Counted from the stretch's first letter, positions 9,794-19,089 are shown. The stretch: DNA of 64,000 nt from Myxococcota bacterium (GCA_044344255.1 JBIJDH010000006.1:96001-160000); one strand, 5' to 3'. Translations and numbers: made by a program. The notes: generated by a model not told the origin, from the letters alone.

Positions 9794-12235
9794 CTAGAGC
9801 CCGAGCAGGACGTATACTGTGCCGGTGCCCGATCCGCCGATGTCGGAGCCTGCGGCGCCGAGCAGCACGTCGCCCTTGCCGTCGGCGTTGAGGTCGGCCC
9901 CGCTGGCGAGCCCGGAGCCGAGGGCGTCCCCGGAGGCGGAGCCCCAGATCGCGCCCTTGGCGTTGGCGCTGGTGAGCGCCCCGGACAGCGCGGAGGCGTC
10001 AGGGAAGAGCCAGACGGCGCCCGCGTTGCTCGACGCGGTGTCGTTGCCGTCGTCGCCGATAAGGAGGTCGGCGGCGCCGTCGCCGGTGAAGTCGGTGTCG
10101 TAGACCACGGCGGAGCCGAAGTCGCCGGCCGTGCCGGAGAGGGTGGCGGCGGCGTCGGTGTCGGACTGGTCGCCCGTCTGGCTGTCCCAGAAGACCCAGA
10201 CCTTCCCGAGCGCCTCGCTGCTGACGACGAGCTCGGCGCTGCCGTTGCCGTCGAGGTCACCGGGCTGGCCGAGCTGGTCCCCGCCGAGGGCGCCGCTGGA
10301 GGTCGTGCCGAGCACGCGGGTGGTGTAGATGTCGTCCATGCGGTCGCCGCCCCAGGAGAGCGAAGCGTCGCCGCTCACGAGGTACACCGCGCCGCCGCCG
10401 CTGGCGCCGTCGTCCATCCCGGTCGCGCCGGTGGCGATGTCGGGGTAGCCGTCGCCGTCCCAGTCGCCGACCGCCAGCGTGGTCCCGACGTAGTCGTAGC
10501 CGGTGCTGCCGTAGAGGCGGGCGTCGGCGTCGCCGAAGTCGTAGCCCTCGCCAAAGCCGCTCGCGGAGCTGAAGATGGCCACGGAGCCGGCGTCGCGGGT
10601 GGAGCTCTCGCTGCCCGAGTAGTAGTTGTCGAGCGGCCCGCCCACCAGCACCTCGGCGAAGCCGTCGCCGTCGAGGTCAGCCGAGGCGGAGATGCGCACG
10701 CCGTCCTGGTCGCTGTCGCCCACGAAGTAGGTGTCGACGCTGCTGGTGGTGGTGGTGCTCGGCGCCCCGTTGAACAGCCAGGCCACACCATAGGTGCTGT
10801 AGGCGCCGGTGGTGAGGAGGTCGGCGGTTCCGTCACCGTTGGTGTCGGCGGAGGGCCCCGCCATGATGCCGACCAGGTAGTAGTAGTAGCTCCCGGTGAC
10901 GGTGGCGCTGTCGTAGCTGGTGGCGGCGCCTGCGGCGGTGGGGAGGTCATCGCCGGGGATGACGAAGACGCTGCCGTAACCACCGCTGGTGGTGCCGAGG
11001 GCGACGTCGTCGATCCCGTCGCCCGTGAGGTCTCCGCCCATCGACATCGACTGGTAGTTGCCGAGGCCGGTGGCGGAGCTCGTGCCGGTCACGTAGCCGC
11101 TGTACAGGTCATTGATGCTGAAGTCGTCGATCACGCCGCTGCAGTCGTTGTCGATGCCGTCCCAGACCTCGTCTTCGGGGCCGGTGATCGTGGGATCAGT
11201 GTCGTTACAGTCGGTCGGGTAATCGACGCCGTCGCCGTCCTGATCGTAGTCGTTGCCGCCGTCACAGGCCTCGTCGATGCCGTCGTACCAGATCTCGTCG
11301 GCGCCGGGGTAGGCCTCGGGGTTGGTGTCGTCACAGTCGGCGTCGACGGTGGAGCCGTCGCCGTCCTGGTCGAAGTCGTCGGCGCCGTCGCAGTCCTGGT
11401 CGACGCCGTCGTACCAGGTCTCCTCGGCGCCGGGGTTGATGAGGGAGTCGGTGTCGTCGCAGTCATCGTCGAGGGGGTAGCCGTCGGCGTCCTGGTCGAA
11501 GTCGTCGCCGCCGAGGCAGTCCTGATCGACGCCGTCGTACCAGATCTCATCGGCGAAGGGGTAGGCCTGCGGGTCGAGGTCGTCGCAGTCATCCTCGACC
11601 AGCGAGCCGTCACCGTCCTGGTCGTAGTCGTTGGCGCCGTCACAGTTGGTGTCGATGCCGTCGTACCAGGTCTCTTCCATCCCGGGGTTGATGGTGGCGT
11701 CATCGTCGACGCAGTCGTCGCCGCCGGTCTCGGCGCTGCCGTAGCCGTCGCCGTCGCTATCGACCTGCACGCTCGCGGTGATGGATACGGGGAGGAAGTC
11801 CCCGGTGGCGCTGTCCGTGATCTTGAGCGTCGCGTCGTGGCTCCCCCAGTCGGCGGGCACGAGCGCGAGGTTGATCGCGGCGGACTCGCCGGAGGCCAGC
11901 GTGTCTTGGTCGATGCCGACCGTGTAGGCCTCGGTGTGGGCGCTCGTGAGCTCGAGCTCGAGCACCACATCGGCCGCCCCGTCGCTCGTGACGGTGAGGC
12001 CCTGGGAGCCCGCGCCGCCGACGAAGATCACGCCGAAGTCGATGCTCGTGGGATCGACCGTGAAGCTCCCCGCGTCGCCGCCATCGGAGCCTCCGTCTGC
12101 GCCATCGGCGCCGTCGCCTCCGTCTGCGCCGTTGGCGGTGTCAGTTGTGCCGCTTCCAAGCTGGCCTTTGCCAGAGGAGCACGCGACAAGGAGGACGAGG
12201 AGCGTGGGGGAGAGGAAGTGGGATTGGGTGCGCAT
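9794..12235 (-). CDS. Surface lipoprotein 3, paralog with 5 Cys/Asp repeats + FG-GAP propeller
   Basis: LLVLLVAC lipobox; same architecture; ends VYVLLGL. Confidence 0.85.
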   Translation of the reverse strand: MRTQSHFLSPTLLVLLVACSSGKGQLGSGTTDTANGADGGDGADGADGGSDGGDAGSFTVDPTSIDFGVIFVGGAGSQGLTVTSDGAADVVLELELTSAHTEAYTVGIDQDTLASGESAAINLALVPADWGSHDATLKITDSATGDFLPVSITASVQVDSDGDGYGSAETGGDDCVDDDATINPGMEETWYDGIDTNCDGANDYDQDGDGSLVEDDCDDLDPQAYPFADEIWYDGVDQDCLGGDDFDQDADGYPLDDDCDDTDSLINPGAEETWYDGVDQDCDGADDFDQDGDGSTVDADCDDTNPEAYPGADEIWYDGIDEACDGGNDYDQDGDGVDYPTDCNDTDPTITGPEDEVWDGIDNDCSGVIDDFSINDLYSGYVTGTSSATGLGNYQSMSMGGDLTGDGIDDVALGTTSGGYGSVFVIPGDDLPTAAGAATSYDSATVTGSYYYYLVGIMAGPSADTNGDGTADLLTTGAYSTYGVAWLFNGAPSTTTTSSVDTYFVGDSDQDGVRISASADLDGDGFAEVLVGGPLDNYYSGSESSTRDAGSVAIFSSASGFGEGYDFGDADARLYGSTGYDYVGTTLAVGDWDGDGYPDIATGATGMDDGASGGGAVYLVSGDASLSWGGDRMDDIYTTRVLGTTSSGALGGDQLGQPGDLDGNGSAELVVSSEALGKVWVFWDSQTGDQSDTDAAATLSGTAGDFGSAVVYDTDFTGDGAADLLIGDDGNDTASSNAGAVWLFPDASALSGALTSANAKGAIWGSASGDALGSGLASGADLNADGKGDVLLGAAGSDIGGSGTGTVYVLLGL

Positions 12236-12359
12236 GCGGGCATGCTACCTCAGGGTGAGGTGGCGCCGCGCGACCAAGTCTCAAGAGAATGTACCATTAG
12301 GGAATACATATTTGGGAGATCGAATTGCACGTTTCCCGGCATGGGCCAGGAGATGCGCT

Positions 12360-12383
12360 GTGGTCGTGGTCGTGGTCGTGGTC
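12360..12383. repeat. (GTGGTC)4 microsatellite in the divergent intergenic region
   Basis: Four perfect copies read directly, followed by GTCGAC. Confidence 0.9.
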
Positions 12384-12423
12384 GTCGACGGGCGCGGGGA
12401 ACGGACCGGGATAGGGCGCGCGC

Positions 12424-15078
12424 ATGTCGCACCTGCTCCTCATGTTGCTCCAGGCGCCTGCGGTCCACGCGCAGGCGGCGCCTCCTCCTCCCCCTGCTCC
12501 GCCCGCGGCCGCAGAAGGGGAGCTCCCGCCCCTGCTCGTGCAGCCCGAGGTCATCGACTTCGTCCAGGCGCCCTACCCCGAGGCCGCCAAGGCAGAGGGC
12601 GTGCAGGGCACCGTCGGCCTGCTGATCGAGATCGACGCGCTGGGCGCGGTGAGTGCCGTCGAGGTGCTGCGGCCGGCCGGTCACGGCTTTGACGAGGCGG
12701 CGGTCGAGGCGGCGAAGCGCTTCCGCTTCCGTCCGGCGGCCGACCAGACGGGCCCGGTGCCCGTGGCGATCGAGTTCGACTACGGCTTCGTGCTCGACGC
12801 CACCACCGTGAAGTCGGCCGTCCCCGAGGAGCCGCTCCCGGCGGCGGTCGAGGCCCCCGTCAACCTCGAGGGCGTGCTCGTCGAGATGGGCACCCGCGTG
12901 CCGCTCCCCGGCGTGTCGGTGCGGGCGGTGGGCGCCGACGGCGTGGCTTGCGAGACCAGCACCGACGCCCAGGGCAAGTGGGCCTGCCGCGGCGTCGCCG
13001 TCGGCCCGGCGGCGATCACCGCGGCGCAGCCCGGCTACGCGCGGGTCAGCGAGACGGTGGAGGTCACCGCGGGCGAGGTGGCCGAGGTCAAGCTCTGGAT
13101 CAAGAACCTGAGCTACGCCGACAACGAGATCGTGGGCGTCTACGAGCGCAAGCGGGAGCCCGAGGTCACCCGGCGCACGATCTCGGTCGAGGAGGTGCGG
13201 CGCATCCCCGGCACCTTCGGTGACCCCGTTCGTGTCATCCAGAACCTCCCCGGCGCCGCCCGCGCGCCCTTCGGCATCGGGCTGCTCGTGATCCGGGGCT
13301 CGAACCCGGAGGACAGCAATGTCTACATCGACGGGGTCGAGATCCCCCTCATCTTCCACCTCGGCGGCTACCGCTCGGTGGTCAACGCCGAGGCCATCCG
13401 CTCGGTCGACTACCTGCCGGGCAGCTACGGCGTCCGCTACGGCGAGAGCACGGGCGGGGTCATCGACGTCCAGTCGATGGACGAGTACCCCGAGCAGGCG
13501 AAGCTCACCTGGCGCACCGACGCCCTCGACACCGGCGTCTTCTTCAAGGGGAAGGTGGGCAAGGAGAAGGACGTCGGCATCGCGGTGGGCGGGCGCCGCT
13601 CCTACATCGACGCCCTCATCCCGCTCTTCACCGACGGCACCGGCTTCATGGTCAAGCCCCGCTGGTACGACTACCAGCTCAAGGTGGCGGAGCTGAAGGA
13701 GGGGCCGAGTGAGATGTCGGCCTTCGTCTTCGGCTTCCAGGACATCCTCTTCTTCAGCACCCCCGACGACTTCGCCCAGGGCACCGACCAGGACACCCAG
13801 GGTGACGTCTCGGTCAAGTACCAGACCCACCGGCAGATCTTCCGGATGAAGCGGCGGCTCACCGACGAGCTCGACCTCGTGCTGCAGCCGGTGGTGGGCT
13901 GGGACACCATCAACTTTGGCTTCGGCCAGGCCTTCGCGCTCGACCAGCTCTTCTGCCGCATCGGCCTGCGGGCGGAGCTGCCCTGGCAGCCCTCCGAGAA
14001 GCTGCGGCTGAGCACCGGCCTCGACTCGAACCTCACCTACTACGACATCAAGTTCGAGCTGCCCTTCACGCCGGACTCCTTCAATTCGCTCGATCCCATC
14101 GGCGAGCGCGAGGCGTACGTCACCACCGTGACGGGGATGCTCATCCAGCCCGACCCCTTCATGGATCTCCAGTGGCGCCCCTTGAGCGACCCCGAGAAGC
14201 TGCTCGTCAACCCGGGCTTGCGGGTCAACGTGCTCGGCATCCCCGACGTCGCCACGGTCTTCGCGGTCGATCCCCGCGTGAGCGTGCGGGCCGGGCTGTT
14301 GCCGGGCGGCTCGCTCAAGGTGGGCACCGGCCTCCACCAGCAGCCGCCGCAGGGGCAGGAATTCGGCACCGGGGAGAACCTCACCACCGGCTTCGAGCGC
14401 GCCTGGTCGAGCGAGCTCGGCTGGGAGCAGAAGGTGGGCACGGCGCTCACCTTTGACGTCACCGGCTTCTACAAGAAGCTCGACCGCCTCATCATCCAGA
14501 ACCCGGAGCTGCAGGACATCGAGACCGACCCGCTCTATGTCAACGAGGGCGTGGGCGAGATCTACGGCCTGGAGGTGCTGGCTCGCCACGCCCTGGTCAA
14601 CAAGGTCTTCGGCTGGGTGAGCTACACCCTGTCGGAGTCCCGGCGGAACGACACGCCCGAAGACGAGGACGCCTGGTACCCCTTCGACTTTGACCAGACG
14701 CACATCCTCGTCGCGCTCGGGGGCTACCGCCTGCCGCGCGACTTCGAGGTCTCCGGCAAGCTCAGCTACGTGACCGGCAACCCCACCACCCCGTTTGCGG
14801 GTGGGGTCTACGATCTCGATCAGGACAGCTACAGCGGCTACCAGACCGCTGACTACAACTCCGAGCGGCTGCCGCCCTACTTCTCGATGGACTTCCGGGT
14901 GAGCAAGCTCTTCACCTTCAAGCGCTGGCAGCTCGAGACCTTCCTCGACCTCTTGAACGCGGTGCACGGCGAGAACCCGGAGCAGGTGCAGTACAACTAC
15001 GACTACACCGAGTCCGCCTTTGTGAGCGGCCTCCCCTTCATCCCATCGCCCGGCTTCCAGGCCGAGTTCACCTTCTAG
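12424..15078 (+). CDS. TonB-dependent receptor with fused N-terminal TonB C-terminal domain and carboxypeptidase-regulatory-like domain
   Basis: Signal peptide and Pro linker; YPEAAKAEGVQGTV...FDEAAVEAAKRFRFRPA (TonB_C); plug IPGTFGDPVRVIQNLPG...LVIRGS...VYIDGVEIP; barrel ending AEFTF. Confidence 0.9.
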   Translation: MSHLLLMLLQAPAVHAQAAPPPPPAPPAAAEGELPPLLVQPEVIDFVQAPYPEAAKAEGVQGTVGLLIEIDALGAVSAVEVLRPAGHGFDEAAVEAAKRFRFRPAADQTGPVPVAIEFDYGFVLDATTVKSAVPEEPLPAAVEAPVNLEGVLVEMGTRVPLPGVSVRAVGADGVACETSTDAQGKWACRGVAVGPAAITAAQPGYARVSETVEVTAGEVAEVKLWIKNLSYADNEIVGVYERKREPEVTRRTISVEEVRRIPGTFGDPVRVIQNLPGAARAPFGIGLLVIRGSNPEDSNVYIDGVEIPLIFHLGGYRSVVNAEAIRSVDYLPGSYGVRYGESTGGVIDVQSMDEYPEQAKLTWRTDALDTGVFFKGKVGKEKDVGIAVGGRRSYIDALIPLFTDGTGFMVKPRWYDYQLKVAELKEGPSEMSAFVFGFQDILFFSTPDDFAQGTDQDTQGDVSVKYQTHRQIFRMKRRLTDELDLVLQPVVGWDTINFGFGQAFALDQLFCRIGLRAELPWQPSEKLRLSTGLDSNLTYYDIKFELPFTPDSFNSLDPIGEREAYVTTVTGMLIQPDPFMDLQWRPLSDPEKLLVNPGLRVNVLGIPDVATVFAVDPRVSVRAGLLPGGSLKVGTGLHQQPPQGQEFGTGENLTTGFERAWSSELGWEQKVGTALTFDVTGFYKKLDRLIIQNPELQDIETDPLYVNEGVGEIYGLEVLARHALVNKVFGWVSYTLSESRRNDTPEDEDAWYPFDFDQTHILVALGGYRLPRDFEVSGKLSYVTGNPTTPFAGGVYDLDQDSYSGYQTADYNSERLPPYFSMDFRVSKLFTFKRWQLETFLDLLNAVHGENPEQVQYNYDYTESAFVSGLPFIPSPGFQAEFTF

Positions 15079-15086
15079 GAGGGCGC

Positions 15087-16028
15087 ATGACCAACCACCG
15101 ACCACACGCCCGCCCCGCCCTCGGCGCCCTGGCCCTGCTGCTGCCGCTCGTCGCCTGTGGGGGCAGCGGGCTCGCCGAGAGCTATCAGCTCGACCGCCTG
15201 CGCCTCCTCGCCGTGGCCGCCGAACCTGCGGAGCCCCGCCCGGGCGACACCGTCACCTTCTCGCGCCTCGTCTACCTGCCCGAGGGGCAGGGCCTCGGCG
15301 GCCTCGTCTGGTTCGCCTGCCTGCCCACGGCCGCCGACAGCTTCGGCTGCCAGCTCGATCCGACCGTGCTCGACGCCTTCACCAGCGGTGAGCCCCTCAG
15401 CCCCGAGGAGCAGCAGGCGGCCCTGGAGGCGGCGATGGCCGCCGGGCTCATCGGCTTCGAGCCTGTCTTCCAGCCCACTTGGCTCGCGCCGGCCAACGCC
15501 CTCGACGGCCTCGACGAGATCGCGGCCAAGGAGGGGGTGAGCGCCATCGTCAACCTCACGCTGCTCTCCAATGACCCCGACGAGGAGCCGGAGATCGCCT
15601 ACAAGCGCGTGCCGATCAGCCTCGCCGACACGCCAAACCACAACCCGGTGATGGAGGGCCTCGACGTCTACAAGGTGAACGGCAGCGGAGACCCCACCGG
15701 AGACCCCATCCCCTGGGGCGGCCCCGACGTCGTGATGGCCCTCGAGGCCGGCGAGACCTACGAGATCACGCCCACCGTCCCCGAGGCCAGCATCGAGACC
15801 TACACCTTCCAGAGCTCGGAGGGCGTGGAGGAGACCCGCACGGAGGAGCCCTACTTCACCTGGTACACCGAGGGCGGGACCTTCGATCAGCCCTTCAGCC
15901 TCTACCCGGCCACCGAGGTGCAGCTCACGGTGCCCGAGGAGGACTTCACGGGCGTGATGGCCGTCGTGATGCGCGACCGCCGCGGCGGGATGGCCTGGCA
16001 GGTGCTGCGCTTCACGAACGTGGAGTAG
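15087..16028 (+). CDS. Lipoprotein partner of the TonB-dependent receptor
   Basis: GGAGG SD 8 bp after the receptor stop; LVAC lipobox; LRLLAVAAEPAE, NHNP and VMRDRRGGMAW motifs. Confidence 0.8.
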   Translation: MTNHRPHARPALGALALLLPLVACGGSGLAESYQLDRLRLLAVAAEPAEPRPGDTVTFSRLVYLPEGQGLGGLVWFACLPTAADSFGCQLDPTVLDAFTSGEPLSPEEQQAALEAAMAAGLIGFEPVFQPTWLAPANALDGLDEIAAKEGVSAIVNLTLLSNDPDEEPEIAYKRVPISLADTPNHNPVMEGLDVYKVNGSGDPTGDPIPWGGPDVVMALEAGETYEITPTVPEASIETYTFQSSEGVEETRTEEPYFTWYTEGGTFDQPFSLYPATEVQLTVPEEDFTGVMAVVMRDRRGGMAWQVLRFTNVE

Positions 16029-16091
16029 GGGGGCGGGCGGGGCGACGAAGCGGCCGGACGGGCGGAGGCCGATCAGCGGGCTGAGATGGCT

Positions 16092-16766
16092 TCAGGCCTT
16101 TGTGGGGCTTGAACGAGCGCCGCGGGTGCGGGTGGACCGCCCCTCCCGGGCGCGGATGGCCCGGCGGAGGATGTAGAGCGCCACCCCGGCATACTCGCGG
16201 CGAAGCCCGTCCGCCGAACGGCCCTCCCAATGGGCGAGGAGGTCCCGGAGGCGGCTGAGATCGGCACCCTTGGACTGGGCCAGCAGGAGGTTGAGCACCT
16301 GCGCGCGATTCTGCATGAGGCGAGGATTGTCGAGCTTGAGCGTGAGCACGTCTCCGTCCGCGCGATCGATCTCCAGCCTCCCATCGCCAAGGTAGCGGCA
16401 TCGGTCCTCCAGCCCCAACGCATCTCGAACCGGATGGACTTGAAGAGGGTTGTTTCCGCGCGCTTTGTCGCAGATGAGCTGTCCGTCGATCTTCCCCTCG
16501 CATACGGCCAGCAGATCAGGCCAGTGGATGTCCCGCCCGCCATCGGTGGACTGGGCGCTCCAATGCTCGATGGAGAGGTCTACCTGCCGCTCCTCCGTCG
16601 GGTGGTCATGGATGCGCCGCATGCAGTAGGCGCAGAGCCCGCCCTGGTCGCGATGGAGGGCGGCACGGACGGGGGCCTTCGGCGCTCCTGCGTAGCTCGC
16701 CGCTGGGGTGCTCTCCCGGTAGCGGCGCAGCTCCGGCGGCTCGGCGCCCTTGTGGATGCCGAGCAT
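16092..16766 (-). CDS. ptuB: HNH endonuclease (TIGR02646/PtuB-like), Septu-type defence
   Basis: IHKGAEPPEL N-terminus; DQGGLCAYC, IEHW, W.DLLAVC, CDKARGN; TGATG overlap with the upstream ATPase. Confidence 0.75.
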   Translation of the reverse strand: MLGIHKGAEPPELRRYRESTPAASYAGAPKAPVRAALHRDQGGLCAYCMRRIHDHPTEERQVDLSIEHWSAQSTDGGRDIHWPDLLAVCEGKIDGQLICDKARGNNPLQVHPVRDALGLEDRCRYLGDGRLEIDRADGDVLTLKLDNPRLMQNRAQVLNLLLAQSKGADLSRLRDLLAHWEGRSADGLRREYAGVALYILRRAIRAREGRSTRTRGARSSPTKA

Positions 16767-18061
16767 CAGCCCTCCAGGAGCTCGATGAGGGCGCGGGCCC
16801 GCACGAGGTCGGGGTCGTCGGCGCCGAGGCGCTCCTCCAGCGCCTTGAGGGGCTTCTTCGCCTTCTTGGGGCTCTTGTCCACGAGCTGGAAGAGGGCGTC
16901 CAGCTCCTTTTGCACGTCATCCGGGCGAAGGGGGGTGGCCATCGGCCCATTGAGGATGGTGTTCGGGTCGCGACCGGAGAAGGCCGGGGTGCCCGAGAGC
17001 ACCCTCCCATTGTCGAGCACGATGATGTTCTCGTTCTTCACCGAGGCGAGTACCAGCGGGGAGTGTGTGCTGACGATGAGCTGCATCTCCGGGAAGGCGG
17101 CCACCATCGCTCCCACCACCGTGCGCTGCCACTGGGGGTGGAGGTGGAGCTCGATCTCGTCGATGATGAGCACCCCCTCGGCGAGGGTCGGATCGGGGAG
17201 CTGCGGGTTCAGGATGACCATGCGTCGAGCGAGGTCGAGGACGATGGAGAGGAGCCGTCGCTCGCCATCGGAGAGCTGGTCGAAGAAGAGGGGGCTGTCC
17301 CCTTTGTGGATGTAGAGGCGGCCCGCAGCGGGCTCCATCGGGTTGTCGCTGTGGCGGCGGAGGACGCTCACTTTGTGCAGGGCGCAGCCGTGCAGGCGGC
17401 TGAAGAATCGCACCAGCGCGCCGCGCAGTGCGCGAAGGCTCGGGAGCTCGAAGCCGAAGGACTGCCGACGCAGCTTCTCCTGGTTCTCCAGGTTCTCTTC
17501 CTGCTCGAACCAGGAGTGCAGGTCAGTGAACTGGTGGGCCTCCGAGTCGAAGGCACCCCGCCAGGCGACCTGGCGACCCTTGAGCTCAACCCCCCTTTCG
17601 GGGCGGCGTATCGGGAGTCGCGAGCTGGAAGAATGGGCGTAGAGCAGAGGTGGAAGACCTCTCTCGCCGCCCTCCACGATTGAACCCAATTTCGTCCAAT
17701 CGGGCGATTTGTTCTTTTGCTCATCAAAGTACTTTTGAGCACCCGTGTCATCACGAAAGGCGAAGAGACCCAACCCCACATCGGGGTCGTCCGGCTCATT
17801 GCGTCGGCCGACGGCGAGTACCCATACAGCTCTCTCACGGCTACCATGTACATTGGCAGCGTCTCCCCCCCCGAACCAGGGGGTTGAGCGACCGTTGACC
17901 GTTCCAACGACTGCCGACAGCGCACTGCTCATGGCGTCAAGCAGGGACGACTTCCCCGCCCCATTGACTCCCGCCAGGACGCTCAATCGGGGATGGAGCT
18001 CCACATTATGGTTGCCGGAAAAGCCACGAAAATCACGTAGCACAAGCCGTCGGACAATCAT
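16766..18061 (-). CDS. ptuA: ABC-type ATPase (PtuA-like), Septu-type defence
   Basis: MIVRRLVLRDFRGF start; Walker A GVNGAGKSS, signature QLSDGER, Walker B IIDEIELHLHPQWQ, H-loop STHSP. Confidence 0.8.
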   Translation of the reverse strand: MIVRRLVLRDFRGFSGNHNVELHPRLSVLAGVNGAGKSSLLDAMSSALSAVVGTVNGRSTPWFGGGDAANVHGSRERAVWVLAVGRRNEPDDPDVGLGLFAFRDDTGAQKYFDEQKNKSPDWTKLGSIVEGGERGLPPLLYAHSSSSRLPIRRPERGVELKGRQVAWRGAFDSEAHQFTDLHSWFEQEENLENQEKLRRQSFGFELPSLRALRGALVRFFSRLHGCALHKVSVLRRHSDNPMEPAAGRLYIHKGDSPLFFDQLSDGERRLLSIVLDLARRMVILNPQLPDPTLAEGVLIIDEIELHLHPQWQRTVVGAMVAAFPEMQLIVSTHSPLVLASVKNENIIVLDNGRVLSGTPAFSGRDPNTILNGPMATPLRPDDVQKELDALFQLVDKSPKKAKKPLKALEERLGADDPDLVRARALIELLEG

Positions 18062-18480
18062 GGGGCCACCGATTCGCCGGCTTCGGGCTCGTCCACATCG
18101 CCCTCGGCCCACCTTTCCCCTACCCGCGCAGGCCGTGCAGTGCAGCCGGGCGAAGATGTGGCGGCCGAGCGGGAGGCGGAGGAGCAGGGCGGGGCGCTCG
18201 GCGAGGGCGCGGAGACGGCGATCGTGCTCGGCCAGGAAGTGCAGGACTTCGTCTGCGCGGGCCTCGGGACCGACCTTGCGGGGACTCGAAATGGCCGCGG
18301 GGGGGACAGGGCGCGTGAACGACGGGGAGCAGTCATGCCGCCCAGCCTACCACGGGGCCCCACCGCCCTCGTTCGCCCGCGGCACGGCCTCAAACCCGCC
18401 CGCCGTCGGGATACGCGGCTGCCGCGCCAGAATGGTCCGAACGGCGCGGCGCACCCCGAACGTCGAGCAGGCGGTCGCGC

Positions 18481-19089
18481 TCAGGGCGAGGCGGCCCCCG
18501 CGGCCTCTGCGCCGAGCCAGGCGTCCATGCGCTCGACGAGGAGCCCGGCCAGCCCCTCCGGCCAGGCGCCGACCGCCTCGGCGAAGCCCGCTCGATCGCG
18601 GGCGAAGTAGCGGCGGCCGGCCTCCTCGAAGCCGGGGAGGTCTCCGCCGAGGGCCCAGAGGAGCTTGTGACCGGCGTCCCGCGACCCCTGCGCCGCCGGG
18701 TTCGACCGCCCCTCTCGGCTGGCCAGCTCGACGAGGCGCCGGATCGCCGCGCTGGCGCCGCCGCGCTGGCCGGCGAGCCAATCCCAGTGGCGGGGCAGGA
18801 GCGACACCTCCCGCGAGACCACCCCGAGGCGCGGGCGACCGGGGCCGGGCCGCGCGGGCTCGATCCCGCGCTCGGGGCCGGGCTCGCCCCGCGGGGGCTC
18901 AGCAAACCGCGCCTCCACCTCGGCCGGGCTGCCGCGGAGATCGAGATCGACACGCTCTCCCGTCTCGACCTGAAAGACAGCGACGGGCGCCGCCTCTCCG
19001 GAGGCGGCGAGCTCGGCCACGGCGCGGGCGACCGAGGGGAGGGGGCCGCGGGCGAGGAGGGTGGGGCCGACGAAGGCGACGGTGGGCAT
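18481..19089 (-). CDS. DUF2239 family protein
   Basis: GPGRPRLGVVSREVSLLPRHWDWLAGQRGGASAAIRRLVE and GDLPGFEEA.R..FA are family signatures; ATG at 19089. Confidence 0.85.
   Translation of the reverse strand: MPTVAFVGPTLLARGPLPSVARAVAELAASGEAAPVAVFQVETGERVDLDLRGSPAEVEARFAEPPRGEPGPERGIEPARPGPGRPRLGVVSREVSLLPRHWDWLAGQRGGASAAIRRLVELASREGRSNPAAQGSRDAGHKLLWALGGDLPGFEEAGRRYFARDRAGFAEAVGAWPEGLAGLLVERMDAWLGAEAAGAASP

Noticed and set aside
5069..12250. Long + strand ORFs (669 aa, 1104 aa and others) opposite the adhesin genes
   Set aside because: Val/Gly/Ala-rich antisense shadows of GC3-biased genes; no motifs.
12250..15105. 951-aa minus-strand ORF
   Set aside because: Antisense shadow of the TonB-dependent receptor.
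18062..18480. Possible retron msr-msd ncRNA upstream of ptuAB
   Set aside because: No reverse transcriptase gene nearby and no long flanking a1/a2 inverted repeat seen.
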